Assembly (NCBI GenBank): GCA_002633005.1
Contig: NMRA01000328.1
Coordinates: 123,195-187,194 of the forward strand
DNA from: Phoronis australis
Lineage: Eukaryota > Animalia > Phoronida
Length of the DNA: 64,000 bases
Direction of reading: 5' to 3'
Shown: piece after piece, positions 11,435 through 22,805 of the stretch
How the letters are laid out: every line of letters starts with the position of its first letter
How positions within the stretch are numbered: the first letter of the stretch is position 1
Program-made: the position numbers and the translations under genes
Notes under the pieces: model-generated
The model's database searches: none
What the model was told of the DNA's origin: nothing
The model's input: only the letters and a program-made list of their open reading frames with translations

Positions 11435-13190
11435 ACTTTAGCGCATGCATGCTGAGAGTGGTGACATGCAGCTTGCGATTGCATTGATATTCCGATGTTT
11501 AATGTTGAAGTTTCCGCCTCTTATTGTGAAGCGATTGTGACTCACAAATAGGAGTAGGGATGCACAGTCACATCAACTTTTCAAAAAATTTACAGGTCTT
11601 GATTTTTTTTGCGATTCAAGTAACCACAAGGGCAATTTACCACTTGAAATTTTACTAAATTATGTTTTTGGATTAATCAGTTTGCTCCAAAAAGGGTAGG
11701 CTCATTGTATGCTAATAGGGAGTTGGAAAGGGTTGTGATTGACTAGGTCTATCGCCAGATAATTTTCGAAATGCTTAGTAATTTACAACTCTACGTCAGT
11801 GTGGTGTAATTATGATTATACTTTTTAAGTTTGGCATTTTGATTTTATTTGACCTGTTCCAAAATGTTACAATGACATCATACAAAAAATGAATAACCAA
11901 ATGACACTTGTAGATCGTTTTACTGACCCCAAAAAATTTAATGACCTCGGCTGACCCCTTCGACTATCACATTTTTGAGCCATGAAAACCAACACATTGA
12001 CCTCAGGACAAAATCATTAATTGTATCATTTATTGTTTCAAGTTGATGAATAATTTCTGGATGTAATAAAGAATACACAAAAGAATGGCGTTTGCCTTGT
12101 GAAATCATTTCCATAATTTAAAACAGTTTAATATTTCTGTTGACTGATTGTAATTGCTAAATAAAACATGGTGGATTTTTAGAGCCCAAAATTAAGAAAC
12201 CACAGTGATTTCAAAACTTTCAAAGGATATGTATTTGGGCAGATTGGATATATCCCACATCAAGAGAGAATTGTGATTGCTGTGACTTAGTGTAAAACTC
12301 TTGGAAAGTTGTAATTACATAGGAGTTTATATTGACATTGACATCTGTAACCCTGATTTGTAAATCTACATTGAGAGCCTGTGTCTTAAATAGTGTCCTG
12401 TTACACAACATGTAATACTTTTTGTTACAGATTGTCCAGTGGCAGAAATGTAATTTCCATTCATCTATTTTTATGAATGTGACAATCTTTTAGCAGATAT
12501 AAGTCTGTTTACCAAGGTTTGTCTTTAGACAAGTACCTTTAACCAAACATGCCTGAATATAGCCCTGTAATCACTATTATACCATATCATCCTGGATAAC
12601 CTTGTGATAAACGCACTGTTTTGGGCCATTTAGTTCTCCACTCTATTGAAGTTTGTCATTTTATCTGCTTCGTACCATTGATACCTAGTTGAGAGAGTTT
12701 GCCTTGCGAGATCTTAATCGTCGATTTCGGAAAATCCTTCACTCCACAGTTTGCCTGTCTGATACATTAAGTAGTCCCTGGTGATCATGGAAAATGAGGA
12801 TGATTGCGGCCATCATTAAGAAATTCATTTTCATGCACTCACACATACATGGTACTGTCATATTTGTACGGGTGTGCTGTATCTCCTAAACCCTTACAGG
12901 ATCTTCATGAAATTTGGCAGATGTGTAGTTCTATGGAGTTGACGACGAATTCCGGGAACTTTTGGATATACCCAACAACCAGTGTCCCCAGTGGCTTTTT
13001 CTGGTTTACCCTGTATTTTTTAATTTGGTAAATAGGTTGCTATTGAGATGACATTAACAGACGTAGGATGGGACAAGATGCCCGAGCTAAGGGAGAACGT
13101 CCATAATTTTGTTTCCTGTTGAACTTTCAACTCAGAAAGTGAGTGAGGAATGACTCTCTTCCAGTCAAGTGAGTATCTTATTTAATTATC

Positions 13191-13230
13191 ACTAGTCGTT
13201 ACCCGTGCTTAAGCACGGGTAGCAGCTAGT
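13191..13230. other. 40-bp quasi-palindrome with a Helitron-like 3' end signature (hairpin + CTAG)
   Basis: Perfect 22-bp palindrome TACCCGTGCTTAAGCACGGGTA (13200-13221), bracketed by ACTAG (13191) and CTAGT (13226-13230). Confidence 0.5.
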
Positions 13231-15334
13231 GTATGGGAAATGGCGAGGGGAAATAGTTACACCTTCAAGTGAACATTTAAGCTAAGCTGTCATTGCAAGA
13301 GACAGGGATATTTCTTGAAGAGACCGTTTTTTGAAAGCTTCAGTCAGAATTTCTGTCAGATTTAGACAGGGTGTGCTGCTGTGGGATTCTTTCCCCAGGC
13401 AGTAAAAATATTTTTTCTTTCCAGAACATTTGACCCTGTCATTACATAATGTACCGGTACGGCAGTCAGCTATTTTTTAAAGTGAAAACTAAGGAAGCAT
13501 TAAAAAATACTGCTATTGTACACAAAGTATACAATGTATTTACAAAAGTCACATCGTAAATGTAAATTCTCAGGGTAGAAAGCCAGCTAGCTGTTTGAAG
13601 ACTATTGTCAACTTACAGCTAAGGTAGCTGTATCTTGAGATCTGTTGAGACACTGAAACTTCACACAACTGAATAGCTCACCTCATCACCTCATCGTGAA
13701 ATTTTTGTCAACATGTAGAGCTAACTACCGGGGGGCGGGGGTGTATGCAGAATCCGTGGGAATCAACCGACACTCACCTTGCCCGTTGCAATCAATAAAC
13801 ATCATTTTTGCGTAATTCTCTGCCTTTTGTAACAAAGAAAGTCTATTTTTGAAAACGATGCACTTGTGAAACGCGAACGTGTCATTTCCTGCTGAAATTA
13901 TGTAATATCTCTCGGGAGATGATGACAGCTATCACAGCAAATTGGGTTTGCTGGTATTAAAATACTAATAAGTTATAAGCAAATGAAATCACAATTGTTA
14001 TGACATGTACACAACCTCGTGGAAGAGAAGAACAGTTGATTGAACAATCGGGGAAATTGGCCAATAGGTGACGCAATTGCTCCGAAAGCCGACCCAAAAG
14101 AGCCCACCACAATTTCAGAACAAAATAACGGTAGAATGCCAATTTTTCCTACTTCGGTAAATAGTTAAGTTTATTCAAGGAAAAGTTTAGTTTTTAATGA
14201 CATCATTAATTTTGACAGCGACAGGCCCGAAGAAGTATATACGCGACAAAAGCCGGAGGGAGTGAAATTAAACCGACTGACTAATGTCACCCAGGCCACT
14301 ATGAAACTGGCCACCCTCCCTCCACGTCTGCGAAAAAACAGCCTGAAAAATAGAACACCGCGAATCTAAATAGAGGGCCAGCAGTGCACTACCTGGAACC
14401 ATTAGGTGGTGCCGAAACGGGTAGTGGAGCGGGGGAGATGGAGTTCATGCGAACAATGCATTTTTTATAATGAACAAAATTTTTGTTTCCACTTGAATAT
14501 CAATCAGGTCTTGATGTTTCTGCATGATATTTTTATGTTTTCCTATTGAGGAGAGCACATTGATTTTGGGATGAGTCCAACTACTGTGGTATCTTCAGTG
14601 GCAATTTAAGTTTTCTTCCCATATGCCCCATTTCTAGAAAGTTCCTTCATAGATTTCATGAAGTTTGGCGTAATATGTAATCTATTGAGGAAAAGTGTAT
14701 CAATGTTTGGACAAGTTTGACTATTGTGGGCACCCCAAAGAGGGATTGTGATTTTGTCTGTGTTGACATCTATCAAGTGCTGTGATTGTATCTTCATGAT
14801 TAGGAGAACCTGCTCAATAGTTATTGAACTACCATAGTATTATTTGACGTCCTTATTTCTTTATTGTTACATGGTTTGTGCATACGCATTGCTCTTGTAC
14901 CACTCATGTGGTGAATGCTGTGACTGATGGTGTCAAATCTATTATGTCTAATTTTTATGTGCCCACACATGGGTATGTGGCTGCATATTGCTGTCACTCT
15001 GTTTGGGTACCTCGCCCTGACATTGGCCTTGAATAACTTCCAGGATCTTTGTCAGATTTGGCAGATGTGTTCCTATGATGTTGACTACCGATGATGATAA
15101 GTTTGGCATTGATCTAGCTTAACTGCTGAATGCCCCCTAGTGGGAATTTTAGTTTCCTTAGCATCATGTTTCTTGACAAATAGCATGAAATTTGGCAAAT
15201 AGGTTTCTATCAGGGAGCTAACAATGCCTTGGATTTGACTTATGTTGTGCTACCTTGTGGCCATTTTCAATGTTTTTAATCGAGTTTGCTTCTTAGCATT
15301 CACTTCTCTATCCACCACACTGCTCAAAGGATCA

Positions 15335-15430
15335 TTTGAAAATTGGCATTTTGGAATTGTTGAGCAATTGAAATTAAGTTATTTTGAAAATTGGCATTTT
15401 GGAATTGTTGGGGAATTGAAATAAGTTGTT
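15335..15430. repeat. ~48-bp direct duplication
   Basis: TTTGAAAATTGGCATTTTGGAATTGTTG occurs twice in tandem. Confidence 0.85.
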
Positions 15431-16325
15431 TTGGAAACAACGTAGTAAAAATGTTCATCTGGCTATAAACAAAAAACATTACCACAAACAATGATAGCCT
15501 TGTACATCCCTACGTGCAGGAATAAGTTGGTCATTATGTGACAAATGCTTGTTTTATTTCGTTTTATCTTATTTGTTTTTCTCTCTGTCATAATGGCCGG
15601 TGCTTTATCAATTAATGTGTTGGTGCCAGTGTGAGATGGCAAATGTGTGGGCGGACAAATAATAGGGTAGATTAAATATGATGCTGAAGACTATTTGAGC
15701 ACTTTCAACAGATAATATCTTAAGACTGTCTTAAAGGGAAAATATTACAAAAATATCGAACTACAACATCAATTTTTTAGACATTGCTAGCCTAAGTTAG
15801 TTCTGACTAAGGGCTCTGTCACACCAAGGTAGTTCTCACAACCGATTCTGGGGAATTTGGACAGGGAAATTGTCCCATACTGCACGTACTGCGAAGTGTG
15901 GGAGCTGACCATTCATACGTCACTCAATGTTGTTCAAGGCGATATCTCAAGAAGGAAGATGTCAGTTATGTTTGTGTTTGTATCAAGATGGGGGAGGGTA
16001 TCTACAAGCACCTGTCACTTTTGGTATCATCATTTTCAAGTTTTAACAGCAAGAAAATCAAATTTTTAGAAAATGTTGGCATGATATCTCGAAAGAAACT
16101 TTAGATTTTGTGTACTTTGTTGTTTGGTAATAACTACACCATACAAACTACACTAAAAGCAAAGTCAATTTTCCCAGAAAGTTATTTTTGTTGAGAAAGT
16201 TGACGAAATGAAATTTCACTTGTCCACCATGTTGTGTCCCAAACTGAAGAATTGTTGGTGCTCTGATGGTTGTGTGAAAACAATCCAGAAATTATTGCAC
16301 AGAACAGTGTGAACTTTATATTGGA

Positions 16326-16447
16326 AAATGATACACATCAGTAAGGAACCTTTATCAACAGAGAGTCCAGGAAGATGTCCAAGAAATGATATACATCAGT
16401 AAGGAACCTTTATCAACAGAGAGTACAGGAAGATGTCCAAGAAATGA
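16326..16447. repeat. 58-bp tandem duplication (2 copies)
   Basis: ATGATAYACATCAGTAAGGAACCTTTATCAACAGAGAGT... at 16328 and 16386. Confidence 0.95.
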
Positions 16448-16905
16448 AACTGGTCTCTTTAGTTTTGTTTCTTAAATTTATTCAAAACTACGCCCAAGGT
16501 GACACGTGCTAAATTGCATCTCAAATGATGTCAGGCTAAGGCGAACATACCAGTGTAGAGGAAGTGTAGTTCTAACTCATTGACATCAAAACTCCATGGC
16601 ACTTGTCAATAAACTAGCTAGGTTAGCAGCTATGCACAGTTATACCAGTGCTTGTTGACCTTGGGAATTCCAGTTGGTGTTTGAAACTGGATCCCTAGAG
16701 CCTCTGGAATGAGTTTTTGATGGTGGAAGATAATTTCACTTGTTCATAAAACTGTCATGTTACCTGCTGGCCAAAATTCACACAGCTGAGGTTTCGTCCT
16801 ATGGATTCAGAGATATTGTTGATATTTTCTGTAATGCTATCCACGATCAGATCACGACTTTAGTTTTTGTTTCCCCTGCTACATTCTCACGCTTAATGTT
16901 TTCAG

Positions 16906-17115
16906 ATGATAGTGAAATGAGTCTGGACGAGCCTAACATTCCAACATCAATGGCAGACTGTGGTGAATCTGGACCAGGTGGTCAACAATCAATGACCTCA
17001 CATGGTGAACTGATTCAAGAGAGTGCTATTGATGGTGTTGCCCTGGAAATATCACATGACTCCGAAATTGGGTCAGCCAATCAAGATGGTTCCATGGAGG
17101 TGATCAATATCGGAG
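16906..17115 (+). CDS. Probable internal coding exon of an unidentified plus-strand gene (acidic, Ser/Gly-rich)
   Basis: ttttcag| acceptor, |gtaaat donor, 210 nt, symmetric phase 1-1. Open frame: (D)DSEMSLDEPNIPTSMADCGESGPGGQQSMTSHGELIQESAIDGVALEISHDSEIGSANQDGSMEVINIG. Confidence 0.6.
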
Positions 17116-17647
17116 GTAAATTTTTTAGCAGGTTGTGTTGCCCGGGTAACAAAGTTTTTGAAATTTTGTAAAAGCTGCATGTGTATTTTATGATGGTTTT
17201 ACCAGATGACAAGGAAAGTATTAGGCAGTCAGCTGCAGTAATTCTTCGCTAGTTTCCTTCAAAAATAATTTCCAAAATTGCTATTTTCCATATTTTCAAA
17301 GGTTGATTAACTGACTGCAAACAATAGAAACTTAACCAAATGTCATTTTGTGACAATCTTACACATTTGAACAGCAGATTTAGGTTATCATGGAGAGTTG
17401 CATAGATGTTGGCTGTTTCGTGTGGACATGCAAATAAAGCATTGCTGCAACTTGAGTTTTGAGCATGTATGAAGTTTATTATAGAGGGTAATCACCAAAA
17501 GCACAGTATTTTATTAAAGTGGGTTATAAAGATTGAGATGGTGATCCCTGAAGTACAGTTAAAGTTGCATTTTGCCCTTTTTAGCTCGCTGAAAACAAAA
17601 ATCAAATTAAGCCTTTTCCTCTATGAAATCAGTCTCACAATTTTCCT

Positions 17648-17939
17648 TACCATAATAAGGTTTGCTTTTTGTTACCACGCACATACCATAATAAGGCCTG
17701 CTTTTTGTTACCACGCACATACCATAATAAGGCCTGTTTTTTGTTACCACGCACATACCATTATAAGGCCTGCTTTTTGTTACCACGCACATACAATAAT
17801 AAGGCCTGCTTTTTGTTACCATGCACATACTATAATAAGGCCTGCTTTTTGTTACCACGCACATACCATAATAAGGCTTGCTTTTTGTTACCACACACAT
17901 ACCATAATAAGGCTTGCTTTTTGTTACCACGAACATACC
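17648..17939. repeat. 36-bp minisatellite, 8 copies
   Basis: Unit TACCATAATAAGGCCTGCTTTTTGTTACCACGCACA from 17648, period 36. Confidence 0.97.
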
Positions 17940-18363
17940 GTTTCTGAAGAAGTTAAGACAAACATTTGGAAATTGTTGATTTTATTGCTGTTGGCCAAGA
18001 TTGAAATTTAAAAAATGGCACCCATGGAACTCCATTCAAAAATAGGTTACAAGACCATTTCCATTAAGTACACATCGCAGATCCTTCTTCAGTTAAGAAC
18101 TCCAACTGTGCTTAAAGGGGCAGCTAAAAAGGTCAAAGTGTCACTTTAACTATTTCAAAAGCATTTTGTCAACTCCTGCATAGATTTTACTTTGATTTTT
18201 CATACATAAAATTTAACGCAGGAAGTTTGTTAGCACCACACTAGACACAGGTAGTGTTGTGTTACTTACTCGAAGCAACAGTGAGAATTTCTCCAGCCTC
18301 TGTTACTATTTTTAGTTTGCATGTTTTTTTCTGGAAAGTTCATTCAACTATTCTCTTTTGCAG

Positions 18364-18383
18364 GGATCTGTAGTCAGCCATAA
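18364..18383 (+). CDS. Candidate terminal coding exon of the plus-strand gene
   Basis: Pyrimidine tract + cag acceptor (ttctcttttgcag|). Joined in phase 1 to the 16906-17115 exon it gives GICSQP-stop, followed by AT-rich UTR-like sequence with AATAAA at ~19666 and ~20475. Confidence 0.3.
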
Positions 18384-21073
18384 TGCCATTGGAGAGGTTT
18401 GACATAGCGCTGGACAGACGTCAAAGTTATAGTCATGAGGATTTATTCTAAAAGACGCCGTGTATATGTTAAGTTTGATTGACTGCAAATTGTGTGACGA
18501 TGTTTCTTGATATTCAGCGGATTCATCATTTGTTTTTTGTGCTTGAAGTGAAACGTGTGGCAACCACGATGGGAGGCAAGTTGGTAGGACTGTTTGTTCT
18601 TATATGCTGTCAGTGTCAAAACTCAAGTTACCCTTTTACCCAGAGATATAAATTATTTCCATGCTACTAGCTCCATATGTATGATGGCAGTGACAACCTT
18701 ATGCCAATTTCCTGTCAAATTTGGGTGGGGCCAATCCATCAACTTCTCTTACTGAAGGGTGTGTTCTTCGAAATAACTTCTCTTCCTCATTTTTATTAAT
18801 TCTTATAGGTATTCTCTCATTCTTTCCCTAACTTCATAAGACTTCATTTTCATGGAATGGTACAATGTCATATTTCATAATTACATTAAGTCAAAATCAC
18901 TTACAATACTATGACCACTGTCTGTAAATGCGATATGAACTACTGTTGTCATTCTCAGACATAGCATTAGGATGTGTGATAACCAACTTCACAAGTCAGA
19001 ATTTCTTCAAGGTACATTCTTGAGGGGTGCCTCTAAGCATTGTATCTCCAAATGACAGTGGAGATAGAAACTTTCCTAAGTTTTTATATAATGTTTGGCT
19101 GGTTACAACTCACCATTGATTTGTGTTAGAGGCGGGTGCTTCTGAAATTCCGACTCCTCTGAAATAACTCAAGGTCATGAAGAAAATATTGACTATGGTA
19201 TAAGAAATTAATTGAAAACAAGAATTCAAAAATTGTAACGTCAAATTTCCTATAGTCTTTTCATTGTTGTCGTTCGTTGTATTTGACTTATTTTTTCCAA
19301 CGTTCGCCAACAGTGAAGCAAAAAGAGCAGGAGTGTGTTTTCTAAATGAAGCCATAGATGTCATCACAACTTTCATGTGTGCCAAATCACTTCTTATTTC
19401 ATTCTCCTCATGAGTTTGTCATCTTGATGACTGTAGTCAAAACACGTCTGCTGACAATTTGTGAATGATAATCACGTGTTCAGCTGTTGGATCGTGAGAA
19501 ATAAGGATGTCATTGATCAAAAAGTTTCACTCAAATGTTTTGTTTTGTCTTCATTGTTGAATTATAAATAGGATTTGTTAACCCTGATGAAATATAGGAT
19601 CTAGGTGTGAAAATGTTTGTTGATGATGCTATAGCAATATGCTTGATTTCTAAGAAATATTAATTAATAAAACTGCACATTAGGGGAAATCAAAGTTTTA
19701 TCAAGGACATTTTCTCATCTGACACTTGTTGAAAATGTGTTTTTCTGAACACTAGGTTGCGATCTTTCTTCTTGGAGGCATTACCTACCCAATGCAGTTT
19801 TAATTTTAATGGCAGATTATTTTGATTGTTTCTTGAATTTTCTTCAAATGGTGCGTGAAATTTCACAGACGTCTATAGCAGGTGCAAAGAATGATTACAT
19901 CAGGTGACTTGATGTGTTGTCATGCTAAGGATAACTAAAATTGTCTGACGTGTGCTGTGACGTCAGAGGTTGATGTAATGCAGTAAGCTGTCATGACCAG
20001 CAAACAGTCCTAGGTAGTCTTATCTTGATAATCTGCTCTTTTGAGGTGTGTGAAGTGTGCCTGACGCAGAACTACATTACTCAGCAGTCATTTTCTGTGA
20101 CTATCGTGATTTGGAAGTGTTGTGTTGCTTTCTTTTTGTATCATTAACTCAAATTTATACTATACAAGTCCCTATGAGAACCATAGTAACCTTGGCTCAA
20201 GACTCGCACACTTTCATTTCACTTTGGAATTTCATAAGGTTTTTGTCTTCCAGTCCACTTCCAAGTAATGTTTGGTGGTCTGTGTCCCAGCCCCCAGGGC
20301 CCTCTTTTTACACATTTTTACCTCTTAGAGCTATGTTTCCTTACTGAGCATGCCTTGTTATGGTGGTCTGTGTTGAAATAAATAGCAGACCTCAACATTG
20401 ATACCAGTGATAACTTAGTTGCATTCGCTTTGCCAATCTAATGACAACCTGTTTTGTTGATATGTATTGGCTCAATAAATGAACAGCTTAAGAAGATTTG
20501 TGGGAAATATTCTTTCTTATTCTGATCTTGTAATGTTAAGCATTGTTGCAAATCAGATTAATACTGTATAAAGATGGTTTTGTATGAATTCAGGTACATA
20601 ACCCAGGTGGCCCCAGGCTGTCTTCACATCCCTGCTTTGTTACTCCTTCTTTGCAGTCAAACAATGAGCCTAAAATTATTATCCACACTAGGATCACGGT
20701 GGTCCTGTTGCTGACTGTTAAGGTGATTGATATTTATTTGTTGGTAGACTTGTTGAAATTGTTTATATATATTTCCCGTTAATCTTATATGCTGGTAAAT
20801 GAAATAAAAAAACTTGTTTTTGATATGTTTGATTTCAAAATATCTGAATCACATTTCTGCATGCAAAGGTTATTACAAATTGTCAAAATCCCACAATGCT
20901 CTGGGAAAAGGTGGGAAGTTGTACTTACGTCATTACTATCCCCTCATCAATTTATTAAGCTAAATATTTTTAACACAAATCAGTTTTCAATATATAGCTT
21001 TCTGTTAATGTGGCCTCGTTGCAATAAACACTATGATAAAAATTGAGTGAACTCTAATATTTGCAATAATCAC

Positions 21074-22420
21074 TCAATGACTGCTTAGTGTTAACCATTT
21101 GTGACGTACGAAACTGAATGAACAGAGTCGGGTTTCTTGTTTATGCAAGTTCAGGTGTGTCACGGTTACCTCTGGCAGGATGATCGTAATATATTCGTTT
21201 ATAGGAGAGCTCGGCTCATAGACAACAAACCGAATGATCGAGAATGTGTTTGTTTGCCAGCTAAGTTCTAAAGTAATTAAAACTAAGTTACTGAGTGCTT
21301 GAGTCTCTTTAATTATCATACATCAATCTAACCCCTCTTAAATAAATTTATCTACTGGAGATTTGAGTGGGGGTTCGAGTGTACATACATCTCCAAGTAG
21401 TTGAAGCAGACAATTCCATTACCTGGGGCACTGGTACATACCTGTAATCAGTTTGCACAGGTCAGGCAACGCCTCTATTTACCGATCCTTGTCGTAATAT
21501 ATTTTTTTAGGTGAGGTATGCCATTCACATACCTAAAATAGACAGAGACTCTTTATGAAAACTGTTGCGGGGATCTCATTGGATCTCTATTTTGAATTGC
21601 TGGGGACATTACCGCACTGAAGAGGAAAGGCCCAACACACTATGGTGTCCATGGGGCTGCCCCCTTCGGTCACGACTCGGATCAGCTTAATTGAAACTTG
21701 GTCCTTTAACCAACTCCTAACCGACTTCAAACTACAGTTTTTTGAAATTGCTTCCCTTTCCCGTTGTCAACCACCAAAATTGTGTCAGATGCCTGCACAG
21801 TCTCCAGAATCGTCAGACTGTTCCTGTTCCTGTCGTCACCCAACGCAAACATCCCATATTTCCCCCAGTTGGTTCCTGGGACATGGATCAGGTCGCTAAT
21901 TTTTTTTTGTAGGGTGGGTGCGATGGAGGTTATTGAACACTTCTCGACAGTCATCTTCCAACTGAAACACCGGATAGCTGTCAACGGAGACCGCGTCACA
22001 TAGGCAGTTCGCAACATTTTGTGACATGGACAGATGCCGGTAATTAAATCAACATTCCTATTGAATTTAAAATGGTAAAGATGTTTGTTCATAGATATCC
22101 TTGTTTTGGGGAGAAATATATTATATAACCGTATGAACGTGCATTTACGGGCTCGTACTCCATGTGAAATGATGAGTTCTTCAAAAATAGTTTTCTTCAC
22201 TCACGTGCAGGTGCGTAAAGTTCGTGTCAAGTGCTTTGTTGGACATACATGCATTTTGCATATTTCTTTCAACGTTCGTTTTTCGAAAGCATAACATCCA
22301 TTGTCACAAAATTTTACTCGTTCCCTGCTTTGCCAGCTTAAATTGTCACTTTTCAACCCCTTACTACTTATGAAAAGTGAGTGTTCTACTGGAAGTTTAG
22401 AAACAGTTCGTCGTTATCAT
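21074..22420 (-). pseudogene. Decayed, intronless TRPM-like N-terminal region (SLOG/LSDAT = MHR1/2, plus start of MHR3)
   Basis: Colinear motifs versus TRPM2 as recalled: WQSRERVKFCDNGCYA~WDPKKHVQEMPTDAFG (22335); LIIS..ARK..RLYNIF~LLIS..AKN..RLKSIF (22176); DLITG~WIITG; DLIHVPG~GLIHPTG; NSLTILE~GNLTCLD; ILVVDNGKGKQF~ILVDDGTHGQY (21780); LIRVVTEGG~IVCVVLEGG (21685); VDKFI~VDVAI; LELSWQTNTFSIIR~LKLAVAWNRVDIAR (~21270). Several in-frame stops and a frameshift near 21730. Confidence 0.7.
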
Positions 22421-22805
22421 ACTCGTGTGTAATACGTCGGGGTGCATGGCCCACAAATCCTGGTATCCGTGCAGAAGTACGGTCCCAAACAGTGACCTAA
22501 TGTAAAGTATTGGAGTAGCAAAAAACAAACACAGTCAAAGAGGAAAAACTGAAAATGTGACCCTAACGCTTGCGCGAAAAAATGACCCAAGCCCGGTCGT
22601 AACTTCGATTTCAATTTGCACACAGTTGGCTCGTGAAGACAGTCTTCAACCGACGTCAGGTCTCAAAAATTACCAATTTTACGACATGTAGTTGCGACTT
22701 TGCATCGCGTTTGCAATCGAACATGCCTATGGATCGTCTTACAAAAGTGGAGCTACGAATTAGTACGGACACAGATTTTCGTCCTTCAACAACACGGGCC
22801 CCTGG

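Noticed and set aside
15786-16627. Possible Academ-like element with TAG-type inverted ends
   Set aside because: The inverted match is only ~16 bp with several mismatches and no clear TSD.
17469-18011. Three overlapping repetitive ORFs (HAHTIIRPAFCY, MCVVTKSRPYYG and LLPRTYHNKACF repeats)
   Set aside because: By-product of a 36-bp (multiple of 3) minisatellite lacking stops in several frames. No splice or start context supports coding.
21820-21900. VPGTNWGK as a Walker A motif (helicase or viral ATPase)
   Set aside because: The spacing is wrong (GxxxGK, no S/T), and the surrounding sequence aligns better with the TRPM SLOG domain.
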